Positions 29,604-39,715 of a stretch of DNA of 64,000 nucleotides are shown here, in pieces. The position numbers were made by a program, and so were the translations under genes. Source of the stretch: Myxococcota bacterium (GTDB taxonomy: Bacteria > Myxococcota_A > UBA796 > UBA2385); contig JBIJDH010000002.1 in the NCBI GenBank assembly GCA_044344255.1, forward strand, positions 192,001-256,000, read 5' to 3'. Positions within the stretch are counted from its first letter, which is position 1. Every line of letters starts with the position of its first letter. The notes below the pieces were generated by a model. That model saw only the letters and a list, made by a program, of their open reading frames with translations. It was not told the DNA's origin and searched no databases.

Positions 29604-30529
29604 CAGACCTTCTCCATCACCGCCCGCCCGAGCAGCCCTTGAGGCCGGAACAGGAGGACGAGGATGAGCAAGCAGAACACGTAGACGTCGCGGAGGTGAG
29701 GGGAGAGGTAGGCGGCGCCGAACATCTCGATCAGGCCGATGAGCAGGCCCCCCATCATCGCCCCGCGCAGGTTGCCGATGCCGCCGACCACCGCGGCCAC
29801 GAAGGCCTTGAGGCCGAGGAGGATCCAGGTCGGGTGCGCCGACTGGTTGATGCCCGGGTACTTCGCCGCCGTGAGGAAGCCTGCAGCGGCGGCCAGCGCC
29901 GAGCCGACGACAAAGGTGAAGGAGATCACGCGGTCGACGGGGATGCCCATCAGCGCGGCGGTGCGGGTGTCGTAGCTGACCGCGCGCATCGCGAGGCCGA
30001 GGCGGGTGTTGTGGATGATCCACTCGAGCGCCGCCATCAGGGCGAGGGCGACGCCCACGACGAGCACGTCTACGAGCTGGACCTGGACCCCCGCCACTTC
30101 GAAGAGGCTGGCCTCGGGGAGGAGGGTGGGCATCCGCTGGGGCTGCGCGCCGAAGGCGACCGGGAGCTGCCCGGTGTTCTCGATGAACAGGGAGACGCCG
30201 ATCGCGGTGATGAGCACGTTGATGCGGGGTGCGCCGCGCAGCGGACGGTAGGCGAGGCGCTCGATGATGAAGCCGAGGAGGCCGCAGATCGCCATCGAGC
30301 CGAAGAGCACGAAGACCCCGGCCCAGGCCGGCGGCGCGGCGTCGACCATGGCCCAGCCCATCGCCGAGGCGATGGCCCAGCTCACCCAGGCCCCCAGCAT
30401 GAACACGTCGCTGTGGGCGAAGTTGATGAAGCGGAGGATGCCGTAGACCATCGTGTAGCCGAGCGCGATGAGCGCGTAGAGGCTACCGACGGCCACGCCG
30501 TCCATCAGGGTCTGGAGGAGCTTGGTCAC
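29603..30529 (-). CDS. livH: Branched-chain amino acid ABC transporter permease
   Basis: YALIALGYTMVYGILRFINFAH; KAFVAAVVGGIG. Confidence 0.95.
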   Translation of the reverse strand: MTKLLQTLMDGVAVGSLYALIALGYTMVYGILRFINFAHSDVFMLGAWVSWAIASAMGWAMVDAAPPAWAGVFVLFGSMAICGLLGFIIERLAYRPLRGAPRINVLITAIGVSLFIENTGQLPVAFGAQPQRMPTLLPEASLFEVAGVQVQLVDVLVVGVALALMAALEWIIHNTRLGLAMRAVSYDTRTAALMGIPVDRVISFTFVVGSALAAAAGFLTAAKYPGINQSAHPTWILLGLKAFVAAVVGGIGNLRGAMMGGLLIGLIEMFGAAYLSPHLRDVYVFCLLILVLLFRPQGLLGRAVMEKV

Positions 30530-30544
30530 GCGGGCGCCCCGAGG

Positions 30545-31855
30545 CTAGTGGGCCGGACCCGTGCTGCCGGCGGCGGGCGCGGCGGCTCCCTCCGCAGGCG
30601 CGGCGGTCGGCGTGGGGGCCGGGGCGGCGTTCGGCGGGTTGACGATGCCCACGAAGGTGGGCTTGCCACCCTTCATCTGGAGCATCACGGCCGGCTTCTG
30701 GGCGTTGCGCTCGGCGTCGATCGAGATGACGCCGGTGACCCCGTGGAAGTCCTTGGTCTCGGCGAGGGCCTTGGCGACGGCCTTGCCGTCGGTCGAGCCG
30801 GCCCGCTGGATGGCGTCGACGGTGATGCGGGTGGCGTCGTAGCCGAGCGCGCCCATGCCGTCGGGGATGCGGCCGTACTTGGCCTGGTACTTCTTGACGA
30901 ACTCGGCGACCTCGGGGCGGGTGTCCTCGGGGGCGTAGTGGTTCGAGTAGTAGCCGCCCTCGATCGCCGCGCCGCCGATCTCGGCGAGCTTGGGGGAGTC
31001 CCAGCCGTCGCCGCCGAGGAGCACGGCGTCAATGCCGAGCTTCTTGGCCTGGATCGCGATGTTTCCGACGTCGGTGTAGTAGCCCGGGATGAAGAGCGCC
31101 TGGGGCTTGGTGTCCCGGATGCTCGTGAGCTGGGCGCTGAAGTCTTGGTCACCGGCGGAGTAGGCCTGCTCGGTGGTCACCTTGCCGCCCTTGGCCACGA
31201 GCGCCTTGGCAAAGTCGTCCTTGAGGCCCTTCGAATAGGCGCTGGCCTGATCGTAGAGCACCGCGACGTTGTTGAGCTTGAGCGTCTCGGTGGCGAAGGC
31301 GGCCACCACGTAGCCCTGGAAGGGGTCAATGAAGCAGACCCGGAACACCATGTCGCCGATCTGGGTGACCGAGGGGTTGGTGCTGGCGGGGCTCACCATC
31401 GGCACGCCGTACTGCTGGGCCACGCGCCCGCCGGCGAGGGAGAGCGAGGAGGCGACCTCGCCCAAGATGGCCACGACCTTGTCGTCGGTGATGAGGCGGG
31501 TGACCGCGGTGCCGGCCTCCTGCGTCTTGCCCTGGGTGTCGTAGAGCTTGACGTCGACCTTCTTGCCAAGCACGCCGCCCGCGGCGTTGATCTCTTCGAG
31601 GGCCAGCATCACGCCCTCGTGGGTGCCCTGGCCGAAGGTGGCCTCCGCGCCGGTCATCGAGCCGTACTCTCCGAGCAGCACGACATCGGAGGCCGCTGCC
31701 GGGGGTGGCGTGGCCGGACCGCCCTTGGTCTCGGGGGCCGCGCCACCGCCACAGGCGGAGAGCCCGCAGGTGACGAGGACCAGGGCCGCCCCGAGGGCGG
31801 AGAGGGTGGTGCGCCGGCTGGCGCCGTTGGCGGAGAGACAGGACAGCAAGCCCAT
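30545..31855 (-). CDS. livK: Branched-chain amino acid ABC substrate-binding lipoprotein (LivK/LivJ family)
   Basis: EINAAGGVLGK; FRVCFIDPFQG; GGDGWDS; lipobox LSAC; exact start uncertain. Confidence 0.9.
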   Translation of the reverse strand: MGLLSCLSANGASRRTTLSALGAALVLVTCGLSACGGGAAPETKGGPATPPPAAASDVVLLGEYGSMTGAEATFGQGTHEGVMLALEEINAAGGVLGKKVDVKLYDTQGKTQEAGTAVTRLITDDKVVAILGEVASSLSLAGGRVAQQYGVPMVSPASTNPSVTQIGDMVFRVCFIDPFQGYVVAAFATETLKLNNVAVLYDQASAYSKGLKDDFAKALVAKGGKVTTEQAYSAGDQDFSAQLTSIRDTKPQALFIPGYYTDVGNIAIQAKKLGIDAVLLGGDGWDSPKLAEIGGAAIEGGYYSNHYAPEDTRPEVAEFVKKYQAKYGRIPDGMGALGYDATRITVDAIQRAGSTDGKAVAKALAETKDFHGVTGVISIDAERNAQKPAVMLQMKGGKPTFVGIVNPPNAAPAPTPTAAPAEGAAAPAAGSTGPAH

Positions 31856-31987
31856 GCGGTTGACCTCGGAGAGTCGGCCCCCTAGCGGGCGCTTCGCGAC
31901 CCGTCAACAGCAGATCCGCCTGGAATCGAGATAGCCGGGGCGGTTCGGCCCTGCGCCACGGGGCCCGCCGGTGATAGGGCCCGTTGG

Positions 31988-32530
31988 ATGTCGCCCTCCG
32001 AGCCCGCGCCGAGCCTCGTCACCCGTCGCCGCCTCGTCCTCGCGGGCGCGGCGCTGGTGGGCCTCCCGGCGGCGATGGCCGCCTTCACGGTCCTCCACGG
32101 GCATCGTCCGCTTGAGGATGAGCCCGTGAGCGGCACCCTCGGCGGCTCGGCCCTCCGCACCCTCGAGGGCTGCCTCCGTCACCTCCTGCCCGATGCCGCC
32201 GCGGCGACGGTCGTGGCGACCGCAGTGGACGCGGCCCTCGGCCCGGGGGACCCTCGGCTCACCGACGCCCTTCGGATGGCCCTCCAGGTGCTGGAGCACA
32301 GCGCCGGCCTCGACCAGCCCCTCCGCTTCTCGCGCCTGTCCCCGGAGGCGCAGCTTGTCCTCCTCCGGGGCTGGGAGGTCTCCGAGGTCGAGCACCGGCG
32401 GGTCATCTTCCACGCGCTGCGCCGCCTCGCGGTCTTCGCCTGGGGCTGCGACCCCGACCACTGGCCGGCCATCGGCTACGACGGCCCCTGGGTGAACCCC
32501 CCGGCGGTGCCGGTGGAGGACATCCCGTGA
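31988..32530 (+). CDS. Gluconate 2-dehydrogenase subunit 3-like partner protein
   Basis: TRRRLV twin-Arg-like signal; RFSRLSPEAQ; WPAIGYDGP tail; overlaps the GMC gene. Confidence 0.75.
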   Translation: MSPSEPAPSLVTRRRLVLAGAALVGLPAAMAAFTVLHGHRPLEDEPVSGTLGGSALRTLEGCLRHLLPDAAAATVVATAVDAALGPGDPRLTDALRMALQVLEHSAGLDQPLRFSRLSPEAQLVLLRGWEVSEVEHRRVIFHALRRLAVFAWGCDPDHWPAIGYDGPWVNPPAVPVEDIP

Positions 32531-34050
32531 TCCGAAGTCAGGCCGATGTCCCCGCAGGCTTCACCGAGCGGGTCGATGTCTGTGTGGTCGGCTCGGGCGC
32601 CGGCGGCGGGGTGGCCGCCGCGGTCTTCGCCCGCGCAGGCCGTACGGTGCTCGTCCTCGAGGAGGGGGCCTTCGTGCGTGGCGCCGAGATGAGCCAGCGC
32701 GAAGACGAGATGCAGCCGCGGCTCTACCGGGACTCTGGTGAACAGTACACAGAGGACGGCGGCGTCTGCGTCCTCCAAGGGCGGGCGGTCGGTGGGAGCA
32801 CGGTCGTCAACGCCGCGGATGTGGTGCGCACCCCGGGCCCGGTGCTGGAGCATTGGGCGCGGAGCTTCGGGGTGGACCGCTGGAGCCTGGCCGAGCTCGA
32901 CGCCGCCGCCGAGCTCTGCGAGGCGACGATCGGCGCTTCCGCGATCACGCCCGAGGCCGTCAACCGCAACGGACAGCTCCTGCTCGCGGGGGGCGCGGCG
33001 GTCGGCATCGCAGGGGGCGCCTTTCGCCACAATCGGGTCGGCTGCATGGGCTCCGGCTACTGCCTGATCGGCTGCGCCTACGACGCCAAGCGCTCGGTCG
33101 CCCTCACGTGGATCCCGCAGGCCCTGGCCACCGGGGGCTGCGTCCTCCAAACCGAAGCGAAGGCCGAGCGGGTGGAGGTCTCCGGCGGTCGGGCGGTGGC
33201 GGTGGTCGGCCACCTGCAGGATCCGCGCACCGGCGCGCGCGGGGCGCCCTTCCGGGTCGAGGCGGGCCAGGTGGTGCTCGCGGCCGGGGCCATCCACAGC
33301 CCGCTGCTGCTGCAGGCTTCGGGCCTCGGCGGGGCGGCGGTGGGCCAGAACCTGAGCCTCCAGCCCCAGGCCCCGGTCTCGGCCCGCTTTCGGGAGGAGG
33401 TCGTGGCCTTTCGTGGTATCCCCCAGGCCGCCTTCTTGGATGGCCGCGAGCAGATCAGCGCCGAGGCGGGCCTCGGGGGCTTTCGGCTGGAGTCGATCTC
33501 GAGCGGCCCGGCGATGGTGGCGGTCTGCTCGAACCGATGGGGGGCGGAGCTGGGCCGCAGCATGGCCTCCTTTCGACACATGGCGGCCCTGCTGGCCCTC
33601 GTGCCCGACCGGCCGGGCGGCTCGGTCTCCGCCGCCCGCGACGGCCGCGCCCTCATCCGCTACGCCCTCCAGGACGAGTGGCGCCGGGAGCTCCGCGCCG
33701 CCCTCCGAGCCGCCGCCGAGGTCTACCGGGCGGCGGGCGCGGAGGAGGTCTGGGTGTCGGTGACGGGGCTCCCGCCGCTGCGGGCCGGCGACTCGCTCTC
33801 CGTGCTCGACGCGCTCCCTCTGCGGGCGGGAGACCTCCCGCTCCTCTCCGCCCACCCCCAGGGCACCTGTCGGATGGGGCCCGATCCCGCCACGAGCGTG
33901 GTCGATCCGGAGCTGCGGTTGCACGGCACCCCCAACCTGCTCGTGCTCGACGCCTCGGTCTTCCCCACCTCGGCCTCCAGCCACACGATGATCCCCGTGA
34001 TGTCCTTCGCCTGGCTCGGCGCCCACGCGGCCCTCGGGGCCGGGGGATGA
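32527..34050 (+). CDS. GMC family FAD oxidoreductase
   Basis: VVGSGAGG; GRAVGGSTVVN; CMGSGYCLIGC; HPQGTCRMG; DASVFPT. Confidence 0.93.
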   Translation: MIRSQADVPAGFTERVDVCVVGSGAGGGVAAAVFARAGRTVLVLEEGAFVRGAEMSQREDEMQPRLYRDSGEQYTEDGGVCVLQGRAVGGSTVVNAADVVRTPGPVLEHWARSFGVDRWSLAELDAAAELCEATIGASAITPEAVNRNGQLLLAGGAAVGIAGGAFRHNRVGCMGSGYCLIGCAYDAKRSVALTWIPQALATGGCVLQTEAKAERVEVSGGRAVAVVGHLQDPRTGARGAPFRVEAGQVVLAAGAIHSPLLLQASGLGGAAVGQNLSLQPQAPVSARFREEVVAFRGIPQAAFLDGREQISAEAGLGGFRLESISSGPAMVAVCSNRWGAELGRSMASFRHMAALLALVPDRPGGSVSAARDGRALIRYALQDEWRRELRAALRAAAEVYRAAGAEEVWVSVTGLPPLRAGDSLSVLDALPLRAGDLPLLSAHPQGTCRMGPDPATSVVDPELRLHGTPNLLVLDASVFPTSASSHTMIPVMSFAWLGAHAALGAGG

Positions 34051-34108
34051 ACGTGCGGTGGAGACGTGTGGTGGGGCTGCCCCCCCTTCCCATCGTAGAG
34101 CGCGCCTC

Positions 34109-35389
34109 ATGAGCACTGAACTCACCCGGTCGACCGCCGCCGCCGCCCTCCAGCGCGGGCCCGTCACCCTCGCGTACCGCCTCTCCACGGCCACCCGCAT
34201 CGAGCCCTGGGGCGATCCTGTGGGTGAGATGCGCGTGTGGAGCGGCACCCTCGCGGCTGCGCAGGAGCGGGCCCTCGCCGAGGCGGGCCTCCGCCTGTGC
34301 GCGGAGCCCCCCACCGACCAGCCCTATGTTCTGTTCACGGACAGGGTCTGGTTCACCGCTGAGCTGCTCCGCAGGCTCATCCGCGGTCCGCTGGGTCGCC
34401 TGCGGATCAACGACGCCGCCTGGTGGGAGAGCACCGGCGCCCTGCAGGGGGTGCCTGAGGCCGGGCTCTACGAGATCGCCCTCGTGGCCGACGGGGCTGC
34501 GAGCCTCGCCCTCTTCGAGGGCCTCGACCGGGTGGAGATCGACACCGGGATGCACGAGGTCAAGCTCCCGAAGGTGCACCCCGCGCTCGCGCACGCGATG
34601 AAGCCGGTGCGGGTCGGCCTCTGCATGGCCCACCAGATCAACCACTGGTCACATGTCCTGCGGGTGAACCACCTCTGCCTCGGCGCCATGGGGGAGGAGG
34701 CGGGCCAGCAGTGGAAGGGCGCGGGGCCGCTCGGCAAGCTGTGGATGTTGATCGGCGTGCTGGCCAAGGCTCGGAGCCTCGATCGGAGCCGCATCCTCCG
34801 CGCGGTGAGCCGCATCGGGAAGAACGTGAAGATCCACCCGACCGCCATCGTGGAGGTCTGTGAGATCGGCGATGACTGCGAGATCGGCGCCTGGTCGGTG
34901 GTCCGGGCCTGCGTGCTCGGGAGGGGCGTGCGCATCGAGGAGCACGCCAGCGTGCTGATGAGCGTGGTCGGTGACGAGACGAGCGTGGGCCGCTACGGTT
35001 TCCTGAACTTCTCGGTCACCTGGCCCGGCGTCCACATCTCCCACGGCGGCGGCTACCAGCTCTGCCTCTTCGGCCGGGAGACCTTCATGGCCTGGGACGC
35101 CACCATCCTCGACCTCTCCTTCGGCCGCACCGTGCCGGTCTTCGAGGGGGGGCGGAGGGTGGACAGCGGCCACCACCTGCTGGGGGCGGCCCTCGGACAC
35201 CGGGTGCGCGTGGGCAACGGCGTGCGGCTGACCTACGGGATGAGCGTGCCAAACGACGCCTTCATCGTCGCCGACGCCGCCGACCTCCTCCGCGAGTGGG
35301 GAGACACCCCCGTCGATCAGGGGCCGGTGGTCACCCGAGACGGCAAGGCGACGCTCGTTCGGGCCGGCGGGCCGGTCAGGTCTCCGTGA
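34109..35389 (+). CDS. Hypothetical protein with C-terminal left-handed beta-helix (hexapeptide) domain
   Basis: IGKNVKIHPTAIV, IGDDCEIG, LGRGVRIE, VGDETSVG. Confidence 0.78.
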   Translation: MSTELTRSTAAAALQRGPVTLAYRLSTATRIEPWGDPVGEMRVWSGTLAAAQERALAEAGLRLCAEPPTDQPYVLFTDRVWFTAELLRRLIRGPLGRLRINDAAWWESTGALQGVPEAGLYEIALVADGAASLALFEGLDRVEIDTGMHEVKLPKVHPALAHAMKPVRVGLCMAHQINHWSHVLRVNHLCLGAMGEEAGQQWKGAGPLGKLWMLIGVLAKARSLDRSRILRAVSRIGKNVKIHPTAIVEVCEIGDDCEIGAWSVVRACVLGRGVRIEEHASVLMSVVGDETSVGRYGFLNFSVTWPGVHISHGGGYQLCLFGRETFMAWDATILDLSFGRTVPVFEGGRRVDSGHHLLGAALGHRVRVGNGVRLTYGMSVPNDAFIVADAADLLREWGDTPVDQGPVVTRDGKATLVRAGGPVRSP

Positions 35390-36488
35390 GCGCCGGATCG
35401 GCGTGCAGGAAGAGGTCGAGCAGGGCGGGGCGGGCCTTCAAGAGCACCTGCTGGATCGTGTGGTTCAGCGTCAATCGGACGAGCTTGGTGTAGACCGCGC
35501 TGTGCGCAGCGGCGGTGATGACGCCGCGGGCGTTGGGCTCGGCGGCGACCCGCCCGATGAGCGCGTTGAACAAGAAGAGCCCGAGTCCGAAGCCGACGCC
35601 GCCGAAGGGCTGGAAGGCCTTGCTCAGGAGGTGGGTGCGGAGGAGGAGGTTCAGGTGGCGGGCCGCGTCGCCGTCGAGGGGAGGGAGGGGGCCGTCCAGT
35701 CGCTCCGAGGCCCGGCGCAGGAGGCCGATGAGCTCGACGGTGAAGCGCTGCTCGGCCGCGGGCGCGCCGGGCTCCGCCGCCACGCGGTCGAGCACGAGGA
35801 GCAGGGTGTGCACCATCGCGCGCGCGGCGAGGCGGTACCGCTCGGGGCGGGGCGGGATGGCCTCGACGTCGGTGCGCTCCCAGATCCAGCCCCGGAGGTC
35901 GGCCACGAGGGCCTCCGGGCCGCCCTGGACGGCGGGGAGCCGCCCCAGGAGCTCGGCCTCGATGTTCATCCAGTCGCCGAGGCTGACGGCGAGGCCCGGC
36001 ACGACGTCGACCTGCGCCGGGTTGAAGCGGGGGACTGGCCTCATGCGGGGGATCGCGAACTGGGCGGCGATTTGCTGCTCCAGCGGCTCTCCGTCCAGGC
36101 TGCTCGCGTGGAAGCCCGCGCAGTCTCCGCGGGCGATGGCCACGAGGCCCTTGGGGTCCTGAACAAAATGGAAGGGGAACTCGCGACAGAAGGACGGCTT
36201 GGCCTCGGCGCCGAAGAGGCCGTGCACCGCGCAGAGGTTGTCCTCTTTGAGGAAGATGCAGGCGCCATCGACCTTGGCGAGGAAGTATTGCGTGCCCGCG
36301 GGCGTCTCTCGTGCCTCGTACCAGGGCTGGGCCGCGGCGGGGGCCCAGGCGGCCTCGATCTCGTGGGCCTTGAGGCCCTCGATGATGTGCGGCTCGACCG
36401 GACCGAGCTGAAAGAGCCGGCAGCAGGCGCCGCAAGCGTGGCAGGACCAGCGGGCCCCCGAGGGCACACGGACAGGCAAGGCGGTCAT
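35376..36488 (-). CDS. YkgJ family cysteine-cluster (CxxCxxCC) protein
   Basis: CHACGACC; CIFL..LCAVH..KPSFCREFPF. Confidence 0.88.
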   Translation of the reverse strand: MTALPVRVPSGARWSCHACGACCRLFQLGPVEPHIIEGLKAHEIEAAWAPAAAQPWYEARETPAGTQYFLAKVDGACIFLKEDNLCAVHGLFGAEAKPSFCREFPFHFVQDPKGLVAIARGDCAGFHASSLDGEPLEQQIAAQFAIPRMRPVPRFNPAQVDVVPGLAVSLGDWMNIEAELLGRLPAVQGGPEALVADLRGWIWERTDVEAIPPRPERYRLAARAMVHTLLLVLDRVAAEPGAPAAEQRFTVELIGLLRRASERLDGPLPPLDGDAARHLNLLLRTHLLSKAFQPFGGVGFGLGLFLFNALIGRVAAEPNARGVITAAAHSAVYTKLVRLTLNHTIQQVLLKARPALLDLFLHADPALTET

Positions 36489-36533
36489 CAGGGACCTCGG
36501 GAGCGGCGGCAGGCAGGGCTGCTCGGCGGCGGC

Positions 36534-37082
36534 TCAGTCGCCGGTGGTGCAGGCGTCGCGCAGGTTGGCGAGCGTGGAGGCGCCGATTCCCTGCACCCGG
36601 CCGAGGTCATCGCAGCTCGAAAAGGGGCCGTTCTGCTCGCGGTCGGCGAAGATCGCCGCCGCCTTGGAGGGGCCGATGCCGGGCAGCTGATCGAGGTCCG
36701 CGGCGGTAGCGGTGTTGATGTTGACGCGGCCGCCGCTGGAGGCGGGGGGGGCCGCCTCGGCGGGGGCCTCCTCGGCGGGGGCCTCACTGTCCTCCGCCCT
36801 CTTGCCGCCCTTGGCGCCCCCCTTGGCCTCGCCCACCACCACGAGGGGCCGGAGGTTGGCCATCGTCGAGGGGCCGATCCCCGGCACGTCGTCGAGCTGG
36901 TCCACGGAGGAGAAGGGCCCGTGGCTGCTCCGATACTCGATGATCGCCGCCGCCTTGGAGGGGCCGATGCCCGGCAGGCCCTCGAGCTCTGCGGCTCCGG
37001 CGGTGTTGATGTCGACCGAGGCCCAGGCGGGCATCATCAAGGCGAAGGTCAGCCCGAGGAAGAGGAAGAGTCGGCGAAACAT
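36534..37082 (-). CDS. ComEA family DNA-binding protein with two HhH domains
   Basis: Signal peptide; VDINTA..LPGIGPSKAAAI..GPF twice. Confidence 0.92.
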   Translation of the reverse strand: MFRRLFLFLGLTFALMMPAWASVDINTAGAAELEGLPGIGPSKAAAIIEYRSSHGPFSSVDQLDDVPGIGPSTMANLRPLVVVGEAKGGAKGGKRAEDSEAPAEEAPAEAAPPASSGGRVNINTATAADLDQLPGIGPSKAAAIFADREQNGPFSSCDDLGRVQGIGASTLANLRDACTTGD

Positions 37083-37094
37083 GGACGCTCCAGG

Positions 37095-37310
37095 CTAAAG
37101 GTCGATCTCGTCCTTGACTACGGCCCGCGACTTCAGGCGCTCCAGCCGCTGCTCTGCGGCGGTCAGCGCGTCGGCCTTGTCGCCGATGCTCAGCAGCAGG
37201 ACATCACCCTCCTTCGCGCCCGCCGGGAGGGCCGCCCGGGGCAGCTCCACCAGCTCACCGTCTACGTCCAGGATCGCCCGCGCGGCTTCGAACCGATCGA
37301 TGGTGATCAT
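37095..37310 (-). CDS. DUF3006 family protein
   Basis: IDRFEAARAIL..LPRAALPAGAKEGDVL..RLERLK. Confidence 0.85.
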   Translation of the reverse strand: MITIDRFEAARAILDVDGELVELPRAALPAGAKEGDVLLLSIGDKADALTAAEQRLERLKSRAVVKDEIDL

Positions 37311-38449
37311 CAGTGGGTCTCCGCGGAGGTGTCCGGGATTCGACCAGTCTCGACGCGCTCGCGGAGGCCGGTGAGGGTGGCGGGGCCGATGCCCGGCACG
37401 AGATCGAGCTGGTCGACCGAGGTAAAAGGACCGTTCTCGGCGCGGAAGGTGACGATGGCCTGAGCCTTGGAGGGCCCGATGCCCGGCAGGCTCTGGAGCT
37501 GGTCGGCGGAGGCGAGGTTGATGTTGATCCGCACGGCTTCGACCTCGTCACCAGCCATGTCGGAGACGTCCAGCTTCGTGGGGGCCTCGAAGTGAGGGAT
37601 GGCGACGGCGACCGCCTCCGCGCTCAGGGCGGGCCCGCCGTCCCGCTCGGTGGTCACGGTCACGCCCTTGCCGCTGCTCTCCAGGTGGATCGTGCCCTGA
37701 GTGTCGGTGCGATAGATGGTCGCCCCGACGTTGCGGAGGCGGTCCATGGCCTGATCGGTCGGGTGGCCGTACCGGTTGCCCTGGCCCGCCGAGATGAGGG
37801 CGATGGTCGGCTTGAGGGCCCGGAGGAAGGCGTCCGACGAGGAGTACTGCGATCCGTGGTGCGCGACCTTGTAGACCGCGCATGGCTTGAGGCCCTTCTG
37901 CAGGATGAGGCGCTCGGTGTCCTCTTCGGAGTCTCCCGACAGGTACAGACAGTCATCTCCGTGTGTGACCCGCGCCACCACCGAGTTGGCGTTGAGGTCG
38001 GAGCGGGTGTCCTTTAGCTTTGGCTGCATCGGGTTCAGGAGCTCGATCTTGATCCCATCATCGAGGTTGAAGACGACCCCGGCGAGCCCAGGTTTGTAGG
38101 CGATTCCCTTCGACTCAATGAGCGCCATCACCTTCGAATAGGTCGCAGTCGTGTGGGGGAGCCCATTGTCCACGTAGACCTTCACGGGGAACTGCTCCAG
38201 CACCTCGTCCATCCCGCCGATGTGGTCGGCGTGAGGATGGGTGGCGATCACGAGGTCGATCTTCTCGACCTTTCGAGCGCGCAGCATCCCGGAGACGTCC
38301 TCCTTGCCGTCTCCGGCGTCGATCAGCACCGTCTTTCCCGCGGGAGAGCGGAGGAGGATGGAGTCGCCTTGCCCGATGTCGAGGACATCGACCTGCAGCG
38401 TTCCAGCCCATGCGGCAGCCCAAGTCAGCAGGACCAGGAGGAGGTTCAC
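37310..38449 (-). CDS. Secreted ComEC/Rec2-type MBL-fold nuclease fused to a C-terminal ComEA HhH domain
   Basis: LDIGQGDSIL; THPHADHIGG; KVAHHGS; NRYGHP; ININLAS..LPGIGPSKA. Confidence 0.9.
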   Translation of the reverse strand: MNLLLVLLTWAAAWAGTLQVDVLDIGQGDSILLRSPAGKTVLIDAGDGKEDVSGMLRARKVEKIDLVIATHPHADHIGGMDEVLEQFPVKVYVDNGLPHTTATYSKVMALIESKGIAYKPGLAGVVFNLDDGIKIELLNPMQPKLKDTRSDLNANSVVARVTHGDDCLYLSGDSEEDTERLILQKGLKPCAVYKVAHHGSQYSSSDAFLRALKPTIALISAGQGNRYGHPTDQAMDRLRNVGATIYRTDTQGTIHLESSGKGVTVTTERDGGPALSAEAVAVAIPHFEAPTKLDVSDMAGDEVEAVRININLASADQLQSLPGIGPSKAQAIVTFRAENGPFTSVDQLDLVPGIGPATLTGLRERVETGRIPDTSAETH

Positions 38450-38458
38450 AGGGTAGAC

Positions 38459-39715
38459 CTAGTCCAGCGCCTCGAACCACAGCGTGTGGTTCGTATAGTC
38501 GTAGCAGCCGGCATAGTGCCGCCCGCTGGCCTCGACCACCTCGTTGAAGAAGCCGAGCGCCTTGCCATCGTCGTTGGTGACGAGGCGGTTCTCCCAGCCC
38601 CCGCTGCTCCTCCATGCCATCTTCATGTCCTTGTTGTCGCCGTCATAGTAGAGGATCGCCGGGTAGGAGCCGCTCGTGAACAGCGCCGTGTCTGCGCCCA
38701 CGTAGGCGCCGCTGTCCACCGTCTCGATGGTCCAGGCGCCCGGCTCGCCAATCGCGTACTTGAGGTCTTGATTGCCGACATCATGGTACGCGATCTCGAT
38801 CTTTCCGTCGATGATCCGCATGTCTGGCCACTGTCCGACGTCACCCTCGGCGTCGACCGTCTCGACGGTGTAGCTGCCGGTGGTGCCCCAAGCGAGCTTG
38901 AGGTCGCCGTTGGCGGCGTCGTAATAGGCGATGTACTCAATGCCCGCCGCGACGTCGATGTGCGAGAAGGCGCCGACATCGGCGGACTTCGCCGACTCGG
39001 TGGAGCCCTCCGGGGGCGTGTAGCCGGTGCCCTCGTCCACCACCTCGCCCTGAAACATCCCCGTGCTCGGGAAGTAGTGGGCGACCCGCAGGGCGGCCGA
39101 GCCCTTGTCGTAGTGGGTGATGACCGGGTTTCCCGCCCCGTCGAGGTTGATCGAGGTGAAGTAGCCAGCGCCGCCGGAGCCCGTGCCAGATCCGCCGTCG
39201 GCGAGGTTGTTGGTCCAGGTGCCGTCGGTGGCGCGGGACGCGAAGCGGAGGTTGTGGTTGGAGACGTCCTGGTAGGACATCCACACCACGCCGTCTGCGC
39301 CCACGACCATCGAGGTGAAGGCCCCGCGATCCCCGCGATCGAGGCCGTCTTCGCCCACGTAACCGTCTGGCTCCTCGTGGCTCCAGCTCACCCCACCGCC
39401 CGAGAAGGTGCCGACCGCGAAGCCCGCGGCCCCCATCGTCGTGTCGTAGTAGGCGACGGCCGGGGAGCCGTCGGCGAGGATCGCCATCGACAGCCACTGC
39501 CCCCAGTCGTTGCTGAAAGGCTCGGTGAGCGCGGTGTCATCGACCACCACTGGATCGAGCGACTTCTGTTCGTAGTCGGACTTGCAGGCCATCGCGGCGA
39601 CGCCCAACGCGGCGACCACTTGGAGACGGAGCGGTGGAGCGGAGGGCAGCCGGAGGGGGCTCAGCCGACGAGACAGGTGCATGGGGGCTGCCTTGGGCCG
39701 CTCAGGGCGCGACAT
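38459..39715 (-). CDS. Beta-propeller-like repeat lipoprotein (start 39715 or 39682)
   Basis: Lipobox AMAC; repeated IAYYD..LKxA..W.xETVD..G.VG units. Confidence 0.8.
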   Translation of the reverse strand: MSRPERPKAAPMHLSRRLSPLRLPSAPPLRLQVVAALGVAAMACKSDYEQKSLDPVVVDDTALTEPFSNDWGQWLSMAILADGSPAVAYYDTTMGAAGFAVGTFSGGGVSWSHEEPDGYVGEDGLDRGDRGAFTSMVVGADGVVWMSYQDVSNHNLRFASRATDGTWTNNLADGGSGTGSGGAGYFTSINLDGAGNPVITHYDKGSAALRVAHYFPSTGMFQGEVVDEGTGYTPPEGSTESAKSADVGAFSHIDVAAGIEYIAYYDAANGDLKLAWGTTGSYTVETVDAEGDVGQWPDMRIIDGKIEIAYHDVGNQDLKYAIGEPGAWTIETVDSGAYVGADTALFTSGSYPAILYYDGDNKDMKMAWRSSGGWENRLVTNDDGKALGFFNEVVEASGRHYAGCYDYTNHTLWFEALD

